From: Felis catus
Lineage: Eukaryota
DNA length: 64,000 bases
Assembly: GCF_018350175.1 (NCBI RefSeq)
Contig: NC_058368.1
Location: forward strand, 120,592,001-120,656,000
Direction of reading: 5' to 3'
Shown here: one piece after another, positions 63,018 through 64,000 of the stretch
Layout of the letters: the number at the start of each line of letters is the position of its first letter
Numbering within the stretch: position 1 is the first letter of the stretch
Made by a program: the position numbers and the translations under genes
The notes under the pieces: generated by a model
What the model was told of the DNA's origin: nothing
The model's database searches: none
The model's input: only the letters and a program-made list of their open reading frames with translations

Positions 63018-63229
63018 GGGTCGCCAGGGTGGCTCAGTCGGTTAAGCATACAACTTCCTCTCAGGTCATGATCTCGAAGTTTGTGTGTTTGAGCCCCATA
63101 TTGGGCTCTGTGCTGACAGCTCAGAGCCTGAAGCCTGTTTCAGAATCTGTGTCTCCCTCTCTCTCTGTTTCTCCCCCACTTGTGCTCTGTCTCTCTCAAA
63201 AATAAACGTAAAAAAAAATTTAATAAAAT
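63018..63229 (+). mobile_element. CanSINE (SINEC_Fc2-like) inserted into the L1 TSD
   Basis: TSD aaaaaagaatcatttct (63001-63017) / aaaaaagaatcttttct (63230-63246). Confidence 0.94.
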
Positions 63230-63574
63230 AAAAAAGAATCTTTTCTTAATTTTTGTTAGTTACACGTTTAGTTCTTCACACCTTAAGTCATTCTGCTTCT
63301 TAAATTCGTATTACAATGACTTTATGAGTATTTCTCAATATTAAAGTTTTCTAAGAAAATCTTTCAATGTTGTAAAATTATGTAATATAGTACAAAACCT
63401 GACATAGTAGAGACATAATAGAGATTTAGAAAACATTTGTTGAGTGAATAAATGAATAGGGAAGTACTAAGAATTATTTCATAGGATTTTCTTAATTTGT
63501 AACTACGATAAACTACACTGTCATGAATGATGGCATGTTGAATGCATACAACTCTTTCTACTACATTTGGAATT

Positions 63575-64000
63575 TTCACTGAAAATGATAGTGAAGGGAT
63601 TTTTATGGCATAAACTTAGACCAAAAGGATAAAGAGAATAATACAAGAGATGATAGGAATAAACTTGGGGAAGTAGGAAAGTAAAAGGATGAGTAACAGC
63701 TGAGTTAACGTATATGCAAATGTGAAATAAACTGGCAGTAGGAAAAATGGAAAAGCAAACCGATCCACAATGTAGACTTCACCAAAGATTCAGAAAATGG
63801 TGGCACCAGGTACCTCTTCTGCAAGTAGAAGTGAAGATCCTACCACAGACATAGTGGTTGGTTCAAAGATCCAACTGTGTATTTCCAGGTGACTGCCCTT
63901 CTCACTCTAACCAAAGATTGTATAGTAATTCTCTGGAGGGGGAGAAACAGGGAGGCTGTAGACTAGGTGGATATCAGGGGGATGTACCATAATGAATACA
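63575..64000 (+). mobile_element. HAL1 (half-L1) 5' region, runs off the window end
   Basis: aaggataaagagaa, ctggcagtaggaaaaatggaaaagcaaaccgat, ggtggcaccaggtacctc, ggtgactgccctt, ttctctggagggg match the recalled HAL1 5' consensus in order. Confidence 0.7.

Overview
AT-rich mammalian genomic DNA from a felid, most likely domestic cat or a close relative. This rests on the many tRNA-derived CanSINEs, including several nearly unmutated SINEC_Fc-type copies, and a cat-type L1 3' end. I found no protein-coding exon, RNA gene, CRISPR array or operon-like system. The listed ORFs are repeat-derived (SINE, L1, microsatellite) or unrecognisable. The window is an intergenic or intronic repeat landscape with 22 CanSINEs, young and old L1 fragments, HAL1, MaLR/ERVL/ERV1 solo LTRs, hAT MITEs, many MIR and L2 relics, and microsatellites. 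Several repeat-free blocks look like enhancer candidates, and there is one strong CTCF motif. The most notable observations concern retrotransposition mechanism: a head-to-tail young SINE dimer inside a single TSD, a twin-primed inverted L1 whose TSD was re-targeted by a SINE, a second inverted L1 with a large deletion, and a marked + strand bias of SINEs. Repeat subfamily names come from my recall of consensus sequences, not from a database search, and boundaries of old elements are approximate. I cannot support a claim of a new biological system here.
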